DNA of 64,000 nucleotides, taken from Antedon mediterranea. Lineage: Eukaryota; Animalia; Echinodermata. The notes beneath the pieces were generated by a model. It saw nothing but the letters and a program-made list of their open reading frames with translations, made no database searches and had not been told where the DNA came from. The stretch spans positions 16,163,881 through 16,227,880 of the forward strand of contig NC_092678.1 in the NCBI RefSeq assembly GCF_964355755.1, read 5' to 3'. Shown in pieces: positions 13,024 through 25,262 of this stretch. Both the position numbers and the translations under genes were made by a program. Every line of letters begins with the position of its first letter. Position 1 is the stretch's first letter.

Positions 13024-13160
13024 CTAGAAATTTTTGCTTGGATCGCTAAGATGAATGTGAAGTTTTGGAAACAGATTATGAGGAATCGACGAGGCTGGTT
13101 TCCATGGAGGTCGTTCAAGTGATGACATTTTTCCCTTGTTTTTCTGGTCCACCTTGTCAG
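13024..13160 (-). CDS. SPACA9: SPACA9-like, last coding exon ((A)DKVDQKNKGKMSSLERPPWKPASS...KNF*)
   Basis: Phase-1 acceptor taatttag matches the upstream donor; RPPWKP resembles the C-terminal KPPWRP motif I recall from human SPACA9. Confidence 0.75.
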
Positions 13161-13815
13161 CTAAATTAAGATACAATAGTTTTTGTAAATACATGCATCC
13201 TACCAATTGTAGGTATTTTGTTGATGATGAAGTTTGATATTGATGAATAATGAAATAATTATAATAATAATTATAATAATATATTTAAACAATATTATAG
13301 CTATTATTTAATGTATCAAAAAGAAAATTACTGAAAGAAATTACAATGCTGTTACAAATAAAACAATCAAAAGTATAGAGAAAGGTAGCACTCTAGCCCT
13401 TCAGTACAAGCTATTATTTATTATAATGTACAAACATAAGAATGACAAGACACCGTTAAACAGTTCACCGGATCCAAATTTACACATCGGAACGCTTAAC
13501 GACAACAATTCATGTGATTTCGATATAATATTGAAAGATTGTTTAAATGTTTTGATTGAATGTGGGGGTCACGTGGGAGAATTAACATAGGCATAACAGT
13601 TTTGTTTTAAGGCCTACGGCGCCTAAATTTTGGTTAGGCAAGAACATTTTGTTAATAGCCTAATGATAATAGATCGATACAATGCAAATGAATAAATGAT
13701 AGTGGAAATGGTGAGAGTGAAGGTTTGACGTTGATAAATGAAAAACTCAGATGATGTTCAAGTTGGTCAAATAAATATATTTTTCTTTTTTAATAAAATC
13801 ATTACATAACCATAC

Positions 13816-13987
13816 CGTATGTTTTCTTGCTGGTTTTTTTAGTTTGTGATTTTCTACTGGATGCTGCTCCAGCTGATCGACCTGATGACGTACGTGAACT
13901 CCTGCCGTTTTGCTCGGAACATTCCTTCCGTTCCTGATTATAGATCCCCATACCTAGACGGCCTGTTACGCTCGACCACTTAGCTTG
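13816..13987 (-). CDS. SPACA9: SPACA9-like, middle coding exon (QAKWSSV...KKTY)
   Basis: Acceptor ttttattttttcag (phase 0), donor G|gtatg (phase 1); S/K/R-rich linker. Confidence 0.7.
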
Positions 13988-15131
13988 CTGAAAAAATAAA
14001 ATAATAATTATGACACTGATATTCATGTTCAAAACCCAAATATAAATTTTGCATGAAGAACTTTTTTATTGCGTTTTGGATAGAATTCGTTACAGGCCTA
14101 TAGAATGAAATTAATCTAAACAATGAAACCGACTGGAAATCGTTCCTAGCGATCATACATTCACAAAACATTTATAGAACTTACGAAGAAATCTGTTTGG
14201 GAGTTGATTCCAAAGCCTATTCGGCGGCACACACAGACCAACCCTCCACACACTGCCAACTAACAGATAATGGCGGGTTTTGTGTATGATACCTAGTTAC
14301 ACCTGACAAAGCGTCCCTTTGTTCCGTAATCATTCTATTCTTGTGTGATGAATTGAATTATTGTTCAGTACTTTAGTATTGTCAATCTTTCTGTTAAGTA
14401 GAGTATGGTACCGGCAAGAAGGCCAAATGAGTGTCTATCCTGTCAAGGCAATCTAACAACAGGACACTGAGCTCGCCTTGCCATGGCCAAGATAGGAACA
14501 CGTAATAGTTCTTTGATATAATGTCTGGCTGCGACAAATACCAACATCTACTGTACTATATGTTCATATTCTCATTAACCAATCAATTTCACAACCGGTG
14601 GATTAACAGTCGCATGTGATTGGTCAACTTGTTTTCACCCATTGTTGCTGGGTTCCAGACGGCGTTTTGTCCTAATTTTAGTAAAAAGATAAATATTTTT
14701 GCACATATGGCGTTTCATACGTATACTACTTGAGTTTGTTTTTCAGAAAAAAATTGAAATAAAGCAAAATAAATAAAAAAGACAATGAATACAGACTTGG
14801 GGCAAGTCTACTTCTTACTTTCTACGCAGTAATTTTTTGAAAATTTGTTGATGGTCGTTTCCTTGTTTTTGTCATTTTATACCATTCTATTGTAAAGTTG
14901 TATTATAAGTGAGCATTTTCGAAAAATTTATATGGGTGCATTTAACAGATTTTAACAGGGAATAAAGTAAGCATTTACGTAACTTATCTTCAATTTCAAT
15001 TTTGTCACGACTATAAATATAACTAGGCCTACACCCAATTAACTTAATACAAAAAAAAAGCAAATCGTCACACCTCGACCAAATGGTGTTGGATCACGCT
15101 AACATTGCCAAATTAAATTTAAGGTCAAGTT

Positions 15132-15589
15132 CAATATTGAATATCGAAACGTGGCAGACTGAAGGCGCTTGACCTTTGACAAGATCGCCTAAATTTCTAG
15201 TTTTTAACCTTACAATATTTATATTGTATATTCAGGTACAGCCGCTCCATAATCTCTTTGCTTTTCTTCCTTATATTTTTTTAACATAAAATTATTTTTA
15301 CTAACACACATTACTGTTTATATGCCTAATGTAATATGTTTTTACATCTTTAACATAATTTCATAAACATATCTTCATGTCGTACAACTACTCGTAACAA
15401 TTTTTCTCAACTTTCTATCATCTAAAAGTCGTAGTTAGTCATGCCTCGGGTCACATTCTATGGTCACCGTACAGGTAGGCTACTACATTAGTACTTCTAT
15501 GAATGGATGACTAGCCGGTGACAATAACGCTAGTTGGTCATACCCAGTACCGTTTTGATTTTACGATCTTTCGGGAAACCACCTCACGA
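15132..15589 (+). repeat. Unclassified dispersed repeat, ~450 bp (copy 1)
   Basis: caatattgaatatcgaaacgtggcag...gggaaaccacctcacga is shared with 54143-54582. Confidence 0.85.
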
Positions 15590-17194
15590 AATTAAATTCA
15601 ACATCATTTGGAATAAACGTTCGAATAAATAAATAAATAATAATAAATATTTCCTCGAATAAGCCCACATGCATATATACACACCGTATTACGAAACGTT
15701 CCTATTTGTAGTAGAACTCATTAATTAAAAACGGGGCATTTATTCGAATAAATACGGTATGTCTTATTGTATATTTATTTGTCGATGAAAATATGTCGGA
15801 TTTTAACAAATGAACAGCAACGATTGTGTTTCAACAGTAGGACATATTAAATGAAACTTGAATACATCTTGGATACCTAATATACTCGGCTGTTCTTATT
15901 TACGGCGCCTCATAATTATTATCGTCTTTTTGCGGTTGTTTGTGATGATACATCATGGCTTTGCGCCGTCATCTTGTTTTTAATTAAATGTATTGTAATA
16001 TGTATAATATTATTACAAACTGACTATAATGTATTCGGCATAAATGATAATTGTGATGGAAATAACAAAGCTAGTTTTCCACTGAAATGCAGCGCAAAGA
16101 TGGAGGCGAGCGCATTGGCCAATCACAAGCGACAATTCCACGTTCATACCGGTATTCAACTTTAAAATATTCATATCGATATCGATCTATTATTATTTAA
16201 ACCAGATTTATGAAATACTTCCGTCAAGTTATGCATAATTATTATGAAAACATTCACATCCTATTTTAATAACTTAAAGAGTAAGGTATCTGGGTTATGC
16301 ATCAAAATAATTACTAGGGGTACGACAAACACGTTAAATACTCAACGTTGATTTATCATAATATGAAATGCAGCGACCATTTCTTCACGTTATAAAACGC
16401 GTATCAAAATTCATTCCTTAGAGTGTCCCCCTAGGCTAGTGAATTACTGTGATCGTAACGATTACTTTGGCAATCATTGCTAGTTACCTTCATCGTGAAA
16501 ATCCAAATGAGAATATCAATAGTAACATAAGGCGGCGTTTTTTAATGATGACATACACGAGAGAAAGATCGATCATTACTTGATAGGATCATTTAAATGA
16601 CACCATTTGATTTCTTTACGCTGACGGCTTCAACGTGTATCTGTTTAAACGCTACACGCTTGATTCAAAATGACTACTTAAACTATATGTTACGTTACAA
16701 AATGTATCAAGTGCTGGAGATGTCTGCTAACCCCTTTCACACGGCATGGTCAACTCTCTGATTGACAGTGCCAACACAAAGGTAAATCATGGACATTGCC
16801 AACCTCTGATATTGTATCAGTATAATCAGTAGTCATAACATTGTAACAGATTTAAGACTCTCCACGGCAATATAGTTATGGTGGTAGCACATGTCTACAG
16901 GTCCAGTGCAGTGTCCACAGCTGGCTCATGTTCATCTGAGCCCCTGCCGTTTTGAACACACTGTTTACCACTGTTTTGTTGTAGTTATTACACACGAAAT
17001 GACCATTAGAGGAGACGAAATTTGATGTGTATCATTGTACTTTTAGACTGTTGTTACGCATAAATATGAATAGAAGTTGGTGGTGCATGATATGAATGTA
17101 TTCAGTATGAGTTAACTGTGAGGAATTTATTTCTAATTTCCCTACAAAGATTGGCTTCCATGCTTTTGGTGACGCGTTCAGATTGAGTGTTCTT

Positions 17195-17507
17195 ATTTTT
17201 CTTAGGTTTTTAGGCACATGTGGCCAAGAATTACTATTAGTAAATCGATCACTGTAATATCAGATAGGTGGTAATCCCCCCTTATACAGGGGATATTTTT
17301 TGAACCAGTTCTCAGGGGTAACTCCCTACTCGTCTCGAAATTATGAAGTGCACACAGGTTGTGTACACATGGACCTCGGTTTATAGTCCTTATCCGAACA
17401 GACTTGTTCCACCACCAGAACTAGGAGCGAGTCGGCCTCGAACATGCCGATATCGTTCGCTCTTTAGGTACAGTAAACGGCGTCCCTGCCTCAGCCATTT
17501 GACTCAC
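17195..17507 (-). mobile_element. tRNA-derived SINE with Deu/Nin-like central domain, in a SPACA9 intron
   Basis: Minus strand CGGATAAGGACTATAAACCGAGGTCC...GAGTAGGGAGTTACCCC resembles the Deu domain; homologous to 43792-44144. Confidence 0.75.
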
Positions 17508-17573
17508 TTTCTAACGTTAAATTATATGCTTTTTTGTGCTGTCTTTAAAAATAATAATATAGGCTTGACTCAC

Positions 17574-18143
17574 TTGTTCTGCAATAGTTTCTGCCGTCTT
17601 AAGGAGGACTGGTACAATATTCACCACCGCGCCCCAAACCGGGACTTCACCTGAGTTCAAACCACGAAACTCTTCCAATGTTTTATGCTTATGAAGTTCA
17701 GTAAAGTCGTTTTCTTCGTCTGTAAATTGTATCCAGAATTGTAATTCTTCATTGATCTTATCGCATGTTTCTTCTTGTTTTGGATGAACTGTTAATTCGC
17801 TAATAGGCTCACCAATCCACTCTTTAGCCCGGTTCGCTAATGTCTGCAAATGGCTAACAAGATCGAGGAATAGTCCGATGACAGTTGTGAAGTGTGTCGG
17901 CCGTTCACCGTCCATGATCTGAGAATGATCGTAACATTGCCGAACCTCGGCTATCGTCCTAATGGTAGGGCCATACATCGTTCCTTGGGCCTTGGGACTT
18001 CGTTGCAGCGCGTCTATGAAGCTTCGAGTCTGTTGGTAGAGCTTCCGATACGGTCCTTCCCGCAATTGCTGAATTCCTGACGTCAGTTGTGAACTCACAT
18101 TTTGCATGTATCGCAGTAGTTGAACAGGATCTCTGTCCGTCAT
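17574..18143 (-). CDS. SPACA9: SPACA9/C9orf9-like microtubule inner protein, first coding exon (190 aa)
   Basis: Motifs YRKLYQQTRSFIDAL, IRTIAEV, VIGLFLDLVSHL, ENDFTEL, WGAVVNIVPVLL align in order with human SPACA9 as recalled (YKLFQQQQLTFTAAL, ISSIGQV, VLLMFLDICSEL, SNDLSSL, YGGVVSLIPLIL); phase-0 donor GTGAGT after AEQ. Confidence 0.82.
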
Positions 18144-19666
18144 TTTTGTCAGTATATTACTTTATCGTTGGTATACCTAATTCAAACAAAGCAATAATGA
18201 ATAAGTTTGCATTTAATAACAATAATTTATATAGCGCCCGTATCCACTAAAAGTGCGCAAGGCGCCAGCAACCACATACTGTAGTATCTTAGTGTCTGAT
18301 TTCTTTTATCCATTAATTACATATGCCTCAGAAGAAAAGGTGTTATTTTAATGTTTGTATAAATTAAATCAGTTATAATTGTGTACTACAGAGCGACATT
18401 TTAAAAATGATATTCCATGATTGCAATAAATAAACATTGCAATATTTCACAAAATTTTAAATATGTAAAATCACATTTTATCAAAATACCTGTGTAATCC
18501 TACATAATTATGTTTACAGTACAATAGTTATGGGGCGCTTTAAGTGCAATAATCAGTGTTAGTTTTATGTCTGAGGACCCCAATAGAAATAAGTTTTCTT
18601 TTAAACTTTTTTATTCCTCGGGTCATTCTATTAATATTGTTATCTTGTGATTTGTATATGTTATTTTTGTCTTTGTAGTTCATGAGTGAACCGAATAAAA
18701 CTGAACTGATGATGGTGCTAGTTACAATCCGTTATGGATGAGTAATTTACGATTTACCTAGTTGATAAACGGATATAAATAGAGAGGAAGAGGTCTGTAG
18801 GCCTACTCGTCGTATCATTATCAATTGTTTTGAGAAAGCGTGTGCGACGATGATACACTAGACTTTTGATCATAATTCATGCAGAGAATTTCGTGTATCG
18901 GTTATTGATATTCTATAGAAGGAAAGAGTATAATACAAGAACTAGGCCTATTGTCCGAAGAACTAGGCCTATTGTCCGAAAAACTGAAAGCTCATTTCAA
19001 GAGAAGGAAAAGCGGCACACAATATGATATTATTATATATAAGTTACGAGATGATGTATACAAAGCTTCCTTTGAAATAGATTCACTCTCTGAAATCTCC
19101 CTACCCAACGGGCGGCAACATTTGCGTTTTGTGCGTGGCCTACTGAGAAGGCGGGTAAACTTTGACCTTGTCGCTATGTGTTAAATAAAAAGCTCATCTA
19201 TTCACAATGTCAAGCCTGTATTTTTATACGACATACATTTTCCATCTGTTTTCTTTCCGTATCAATAATCTGGACATATGAATGGTTAGGCATTAATGAA
19301 TTATGCACGACTATATCGAATCAAAATGGTTGTGACCAATAAGGCCTAACGTTAATATTATTGGGTAATTAAACCGACAGAAATATAATTGATTTTGATG
19401 ACGGAGACACAAAGCAATTCTTTAGAAAGGAAATTGAATATAAAGAACGGTACTTATACGTAGTCAAGATGATAATAATAATAAGGCCTAGCCTACTCCG
19501 TGTGTTTTAATTATTATTAGTTTATTCTCATCCTACTTCTACACTGTTTGTATACTGCCTTGACATCATTTTAAATACCTAATTATAATAGGCCTAGGCC
19601 TTTATTTTACTTAATTTGCTTTTTCTATTGTCAATATTTTTCTTTTTCAATGTGGACATTGGCTTA

Positions 19667-19834
19667 AGATCTGTCTACACGATCAAACTTTATGTGACAA
19701 AAATGTGATGAGCCCATATATGGACATGATGATGTCTGGTCATATCACAACCATATTTGAGCATATCAATACTGTCCATATTTGGGCACATCACATTTTT
19801 GTTGTCAAACTAGTTTTATAGTGTAGACAGCGCT
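19667..19834. mobile_element. MITE family B (AGCTCTGTCTACACTATCAAACT termini, TWA target)
   Basis: Palindromic; related copies at ~20110-20200, 25639-25817, 27238-27389, 51898-52010, 53311-53452, 62881-63035. Confidence 0.85.
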
Positions 19835-20540
19835 TTAGATCTGTGCTCTGCTCACCATCCACGTGTACTATGTGGATACATTGGAAATTAATTGGAATGT
19901 TTAGATTATATGACCGTGTAACATTATGCTGCGTCTATGTGTATTTTAGAAGTTCTACAAATGCATACATTACTAATTTTATAAAAAAAACGACCAAGAC
20001 AAGAACCAACTTCACAGTGTCAATTACGCCGTGTTGTACAAGAATATGTTAAGTCTATGCCTTAATTATAATGATTAGGTAGGTTACCATGCCAATAACA
20101 AATAGTATAGACACGATGATGTCATATCACTACAATATTTGGACATATCACTACCCACATCACACTTTTGTCCAAAAAATGTTACCGTGTGGACAGAGCT
20201 TAAGATTTGTTTAAAGTTTCGAAGACGGTAACGAACGGGCAGATGAGCTAAATGACAACGGTCATCACTGATTAATCACGGCAGACATCGAGTACCGATA
20301 TTCTATGGTTTAGATAAAGATGAGTTATAAATATATGGCTTACATATAGCAGCTAATTCAGCTGCCATACGAAGCATCAAACTTAACATGTATTGATTTG
20401 TTACCATGCTTGAGTTGTCAAATTAATGTTGCACTTTGTAATTACGTGTTTTCTTAGAACAGTATTACATTTCAAATTAAAAGGCTGAATAATTATAATA
20501 ATTTCATATTCGATATATATATATTCAATATACAGTAATA

Positions 20541-20715
20541 TAAAGACTAATTTACACAGACTAACGGTAACGGTAAGCGGAATACCGCGTGCTTTTCTCA
20601 CGTAATTCCGTACCGGTTTTCTAACCTGGGCGGGTTTCCGCTCTCAACCGCCAGTCCGCGCTAAACGTTTTGCTTTTTGTTTAGCGTTACCGCTCACCTG
20701 TGTAAATTGGCCTTA
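20541..20715. mobile_element. Small MITE (aatttacacag / ctgtgtaaatt termini)
   Basis: Inverted termini with cggtaacg / cgttaccg subterminal motifs, TAA/TTA flanks. Confidence 0.55.
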
Positions 20716-20877
20716 AGCCTGATATTTTGAGCACACCACTTTTATATTTATTGCAGACTTGCGTACACAGGCACGTATAGTTAAGCGTGCTGAGTGTAGA
20801 TCGGTATCATAACAGATTGCTTACCTGCCATAGTTACATTCGAAGTGCTCGTGTGATCGTTTAACTCCTATATTTCA

Positions 20878-21515
20878 GATCTCCGATATGTATCTCCAAT
20901 ATATCCGATGTTGCCTATATCCGATATACCTCCGATGGATCTCCGATATAAACTCCGATGTATCTCCGACATAACCCAGATGTATCTCCGATATAAACTC
21001 CGATGTATCTCCAATATAACTCAAATGTATCTTCGATATAACTCCGATGTATCTCCGATATAACCCATATTTATTTCCGATATAACTCAGATGTATCTCC
21101 GATATAACTCCATGTATCTCCGATATAACTGCGATGTATCTCCTATATAACTCCGATGTCTCTCTAATATAACTCAGATGTATCTCCGATATAACTCTGA
21201 TGTATGTATAACTCCGATGTATCTCCGATATAACTCTGATGTATGTATAACTCCAAATGTATCTCAGATATAACTCCGATATAACTTCGATGTATCTTCG
21301 ATATAACTGCGATGTATCTCCGATATAACTGCGATGTATCTCCGATATAACGATGTATCTCCGATATAACTCAGATGTATCTCCGATATAACTCTGATGT
21401 ATCTCCGATACTAATTCCCATGTATTTCCGATATAACTCCGATAGGCGTAACTCCGTATCTAGATAACTCCAATATTTCTTAGATAAAACTCCGATGTAT
21501 TTCCGCTATATCTTC
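20878..21515. repeat. ~21-22-bp minisatellite (gatgtatctccgatataactcc)
   Basis: Roughly 30 degenerate tandem copies. Confidence 0.93.
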
Positions 21516-21529
21516 GAGATTTCAACATA

Positions 21530-21694
21530 CACAAAATATTAACACTGGCTTGATAGGCTATAGCTATCAGAGTTAACATGTTTCATTCTGTAACGCAGTG
21601 TTCTGTGTTCAAACGTGTGGGTACACCCTGCCAGTGTTGTTAACTCCGATAGCGTTAGCTGTACCCATCAAGCCGATACGTGTTAATATTTTGT
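21530..21694. mobile_element. Short foldback element/MITE
   Basis: cacaaaatattaacac..ggcttgat / atcaagcc..gtgttaatattttgtg inverted arms. Confidence 0.65.
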
Positions 21695-22658
21695 GAAAAT
21701 ATATTGAATTTTACTAAACTTTGCAGAGTCGAATAACAATAAGTAACACGATTTAAGGTGACGATTTTTGGTGGGGTAAGGGGATGTCTCCCCTAAATTA
21801 GAAGGGGATTCAAGGTGTCCCTTTGACGTCAATCCCATTAAAATATGTTTAAGCAGCAACTTATCATAGGCCTACAAGGTTTAACCACACAGTAGTAGGC
21901 CTACAGAGTAAATGTCTCAGGCCTCATGCTAATATGTTACAGTATTATGAAGTATTTTTAGTGGGGCGATACTCTTGCTATCATGGCCTAGGCCTACTAT
22001 CCGAACTCATCTAACAGTACACTGATTAGCCACATACTTTGATAGTGTTAATTATTACGCTTTGTACGGTTGTTTTGATGACCGAAGAAATTCCTCTATC
22101 CCGGGTAGATATAATTAAACATTATCCTAGCTAGAGATTCAAGTCATATGTTACCTATTTGAACAGATCACTCACCGTGAAGGTCAGTGCTAGTGAGTAG
22201 GCCTCTACTACGACGTGTTTACTTATTGAATATTGTACCCGACTCCGGGCCTAACTTAAAATAAGCAAATGGGATGCGCTGGCTGGATATTAAAAATAAA
22301 AGGCTCATGTATTTAGCATTATAATTACCATTAAAGCGTTCTATAAAGTATATAAAATTAGTACTTACAGAAGGATAGTATTGAGAAAAATGAACTTCCG
22401 TATAAACACGTTTCGGTATTCTGCTACAGTACACTGGGAGGTGTATTTAGCGAATACAAAAGACTAAGCCGCCGTAGCAACGACCTTTGTTAGCGTGTTG
22501 TTAAGGTAGGGGAATCAATAAATAATGAATAAAGTATAAACAATCAGTTTATTAATAGTGTGTACACGTATTTCTATTTTAAATTGTTTACAGTCATAAT
22601 AATTAATAAAACTCTATACAATTTCACATAATAAAAGAAAATAAAACAAACTTTTAAA

Positions 22659-23600
22659 ATGGAGGCCCAAAAAAAGGAAGGCCCCAAATGTTAGGCCCCA
22701 AAATAGAGCCCCCAAAATGGAGGCCCCAAAATGTAGGCCCCAAAATTGAGGATGTAGGTCCCAAAATATAGGTCCAAAAATGGAGGCCCCAAAATGTAGG
22801 CCCCAAAATTGAGGATGTAGGTCCCAAAATATAGGTCCAAAAATGGAGGCCCCAAAATGTAGGCCCCAAAATTGAGGATGTAGGTCCCAAAATATAGGTC
22901 CAAAAATGGAGGCCCCAAAATGTAGGCCCCAAAATTGAGGATGTAGGTCCCAAAATATAGGTCCAAAAATGGAGGCCCCAAAATGTAGGCCCCAAAATTG
23001 AGGATGTAGGTCCCAAAATATAGGTCCAAAAATGGAGGCCCCAAAATGTAGGCCCCAAAATTGAGGATGTAGGTCCCAAAATATAGGTCCAAAAATGGAG
23101 GCCCCAAAATGTAGGCCCCAAAATTGAGGATGTAGGTCCCAAAATATAGGTCCAAAAATGGAGGCCCCAAAATGTAGGCCCCAAAATTGAGGATGTAGGT
23201 CCCAAAATATAGGTCCAAAAATGGAGGCCCCAAAATGTATGGCCCAAAATTGAGGATGTAGGTCCCAAAATATAGGTCCAAAAATGGAGGCCCCAAAATG
23301 TATGGCCCAAAATTGAGGATGTAGGTCCCAAAATATAGGTCCAAAAATGGAGGCCCCAAAATGTATGGCCCAAAATTGAGGATGTAGGTCCCAAAATATA
23401 GGTCCAAAAATGGAGGCCCCAAAATGTATGGCCCAAAATTGAGGATGTAGGTCCCAAAATATAGGTCCAAAAATGGAGGCCCCAAAATGTATGGCCCAAA
23501 ATGTAGGCCTCAAAATATAGGCCCCAAATAGTCCCCAAAATGTAGGGCCTCGAAATGTAGACCTCCTAAAATAAAATGGAGGCCCCAAAACGTAGGCCTC
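22659..23600. repeat. 63-bp higher-order tandem repeat built from ~14-bp aggccccaaaatgt subunits, ~13 copies
   Basis: Units spaced exactly 63 bp from 22719; degenerate monomers at both edges. Confidence 0.96.
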
Positions 23601-23845
23601 AAAGTGATCAAGGCCCTATTTTAATGGAATGCCGTTTACGTAATGTTTGACAGAATTCAATTGTATACGTGATGTATGGAATTGTATCGGTTATAATTGC
23701 ATCGACAAAATAGATCTAATTAGATTCATAAAATGTATTAAATACACTAAAACAATCTTTCTGTTTCCATGGTATTAAACATAATTATTATTACTGAATA
23801 TCATAAATAAAGATGTAGAAATGAATGGACGTACAACATCTCTAA

Positions 23846-24037
23846 AGCTTGGTTCCAACTAGAACGCAACGCAGCGACGTACGTATCGACGCAAAGTGTT
23901 GTATTGCGTAATCACAATTAGTGCGAACCGACGACGCAATTGATTTCACAACAGATGGGGCAAACACAATTATTAGAAGGGCAATAGCTTACGTTGCATA
24001 GATTGCGTTACGTTGCGTCGCTAGTGGGAACCAAGCT
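23846..24037. mobile_element. MITE family A copy
   Basis: TAA|AGCTTGGTTCCAACTAG ... CTAGTGGGAACCAAGCT|TTA. Confidence 0.85.
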
Positions 24038-24448
24038 TTAGTCCTAATGAAGTAGTTAATAGCCCTAATGAAAGTAAATACGTGCATTTGAAAGCAATTT
24101 AAATTTTGTATTCGACTGGCCTCTCGTGCGACAGTGCGAAAGACCAATTTTCACAACAGTAATTAAACTTTTCAAATAAAAGTTTCTATTGGTTACAGCA
24201 CATTCCCCTACCGTCTAGTTTTACTAATAGCTGCTCCTTTTGTATATTTTGTGTTAATTAAAACTATTCGTATTGTGTTTATTGTATTTTTTCCTATTAC
24301 ATTCACAATATGAAAACAATAATTAATACAACTGTTCCCTTTTAAATGTACCACAGTAGTAAGCTTAAATTGTTGATTTTAAGAAAAGTATTTGATTATT
24401 TTTATGGATGTTATTTAAATATATTGTTTATCGAACGATTTTTTCACA

Positions 24449-24540
24449 AATTCAATCCATACATTCAATCCATACATTCAATCCAAACATTCAATCCAAA
24501 CATTCAATCCAAACATTCAATCCAAACATTCAATCCAAAC
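24449..24540. repeat. 13-bp tandem repeat (attcaatccaaac) x7
   Basis: Direct inspection. Confidence 0.92.
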
Positions 24541-24925
24541 GCGAAGAAGTAAGACCGACATACACATTTAGTACGCGTGTAATTTCCGGTCTTTTTTCAC
24601 ACAAATTCTTCTTCACAGTTTACGGGCGCGTCACGCGCGTGGTGACACGCGGGAGAATGGTGATGGATTTCGTGTAAGTAGGCTATACTTAAAATGATGC
24701 AATAATATTATGTTGGAAAAGAGACAGTGTATTTCAGGATGATAAAGCGGTCTGTAGCCATCAAAGTCAGCATAAAATCAAACGGCACGCACGAGACATA
24801 CTGCCTACCATGCGTTTAAAATTTGTTTCTGACGTCCTAATGTACATCGTTTAGTCTAGTTATACGCTTTCAGCAAAACAGAATCCTGACAGGAATTTGA
24901 TGGCTGATATATATAATAATCAACC

Positions 24926-25262
24926 AGTATATAGCGCTTATTGTGCATGACAGCCATAAGGGCCTTTACCTGCCCTGGTTATACATTTATTCAGTAAAAA
25001 GTAACTATACTATGATAATTATTGAGGACGATATTCAGTTTTAAAAACGGTACCATTGCCTCGCGTGTAACACGCGTGTAATTATATTAATACTCAACTA
25101 GTATATAGCGCTTATTGTGCATGACAGCTTTAAGGGCCTTTACCTGCCCCTGCCCTGGTTATTCAGTAAAAAGTAACTATACTATATATGAGATAGATAT
25201 TGAGTACGATATGCAGTTCTAAAAAACAGTTACCACCGCCTCGCGTGTAACACGCGTGTAAT
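24926..25262. repeat. ~170-bp tandem duplication
   Basis: agtatatagcgcttattgtgcatgacag...cgcgtgtaacacgcgtgtaat appears twice. Confidence 0.85.

Noticed and set aside
14410-14501. Densely self-complementary stretch considered as an HDV-like ribozyme
   Set aside because: Several short alternative pairings exist, but I could not assemble the P1/P1.1/P3 nested pseudoknot or catalytic C motif on either strand
17517-17573. C-terminal VSQAYIIIF... of the 208-aa ORF
   Set aside because: Intron read-through past the GTGAGT donor
22614-23588. Three long repetitive ORFs
   Set aside because: Artefact of a stop-free 63-bp tandem repeat open in all three frames
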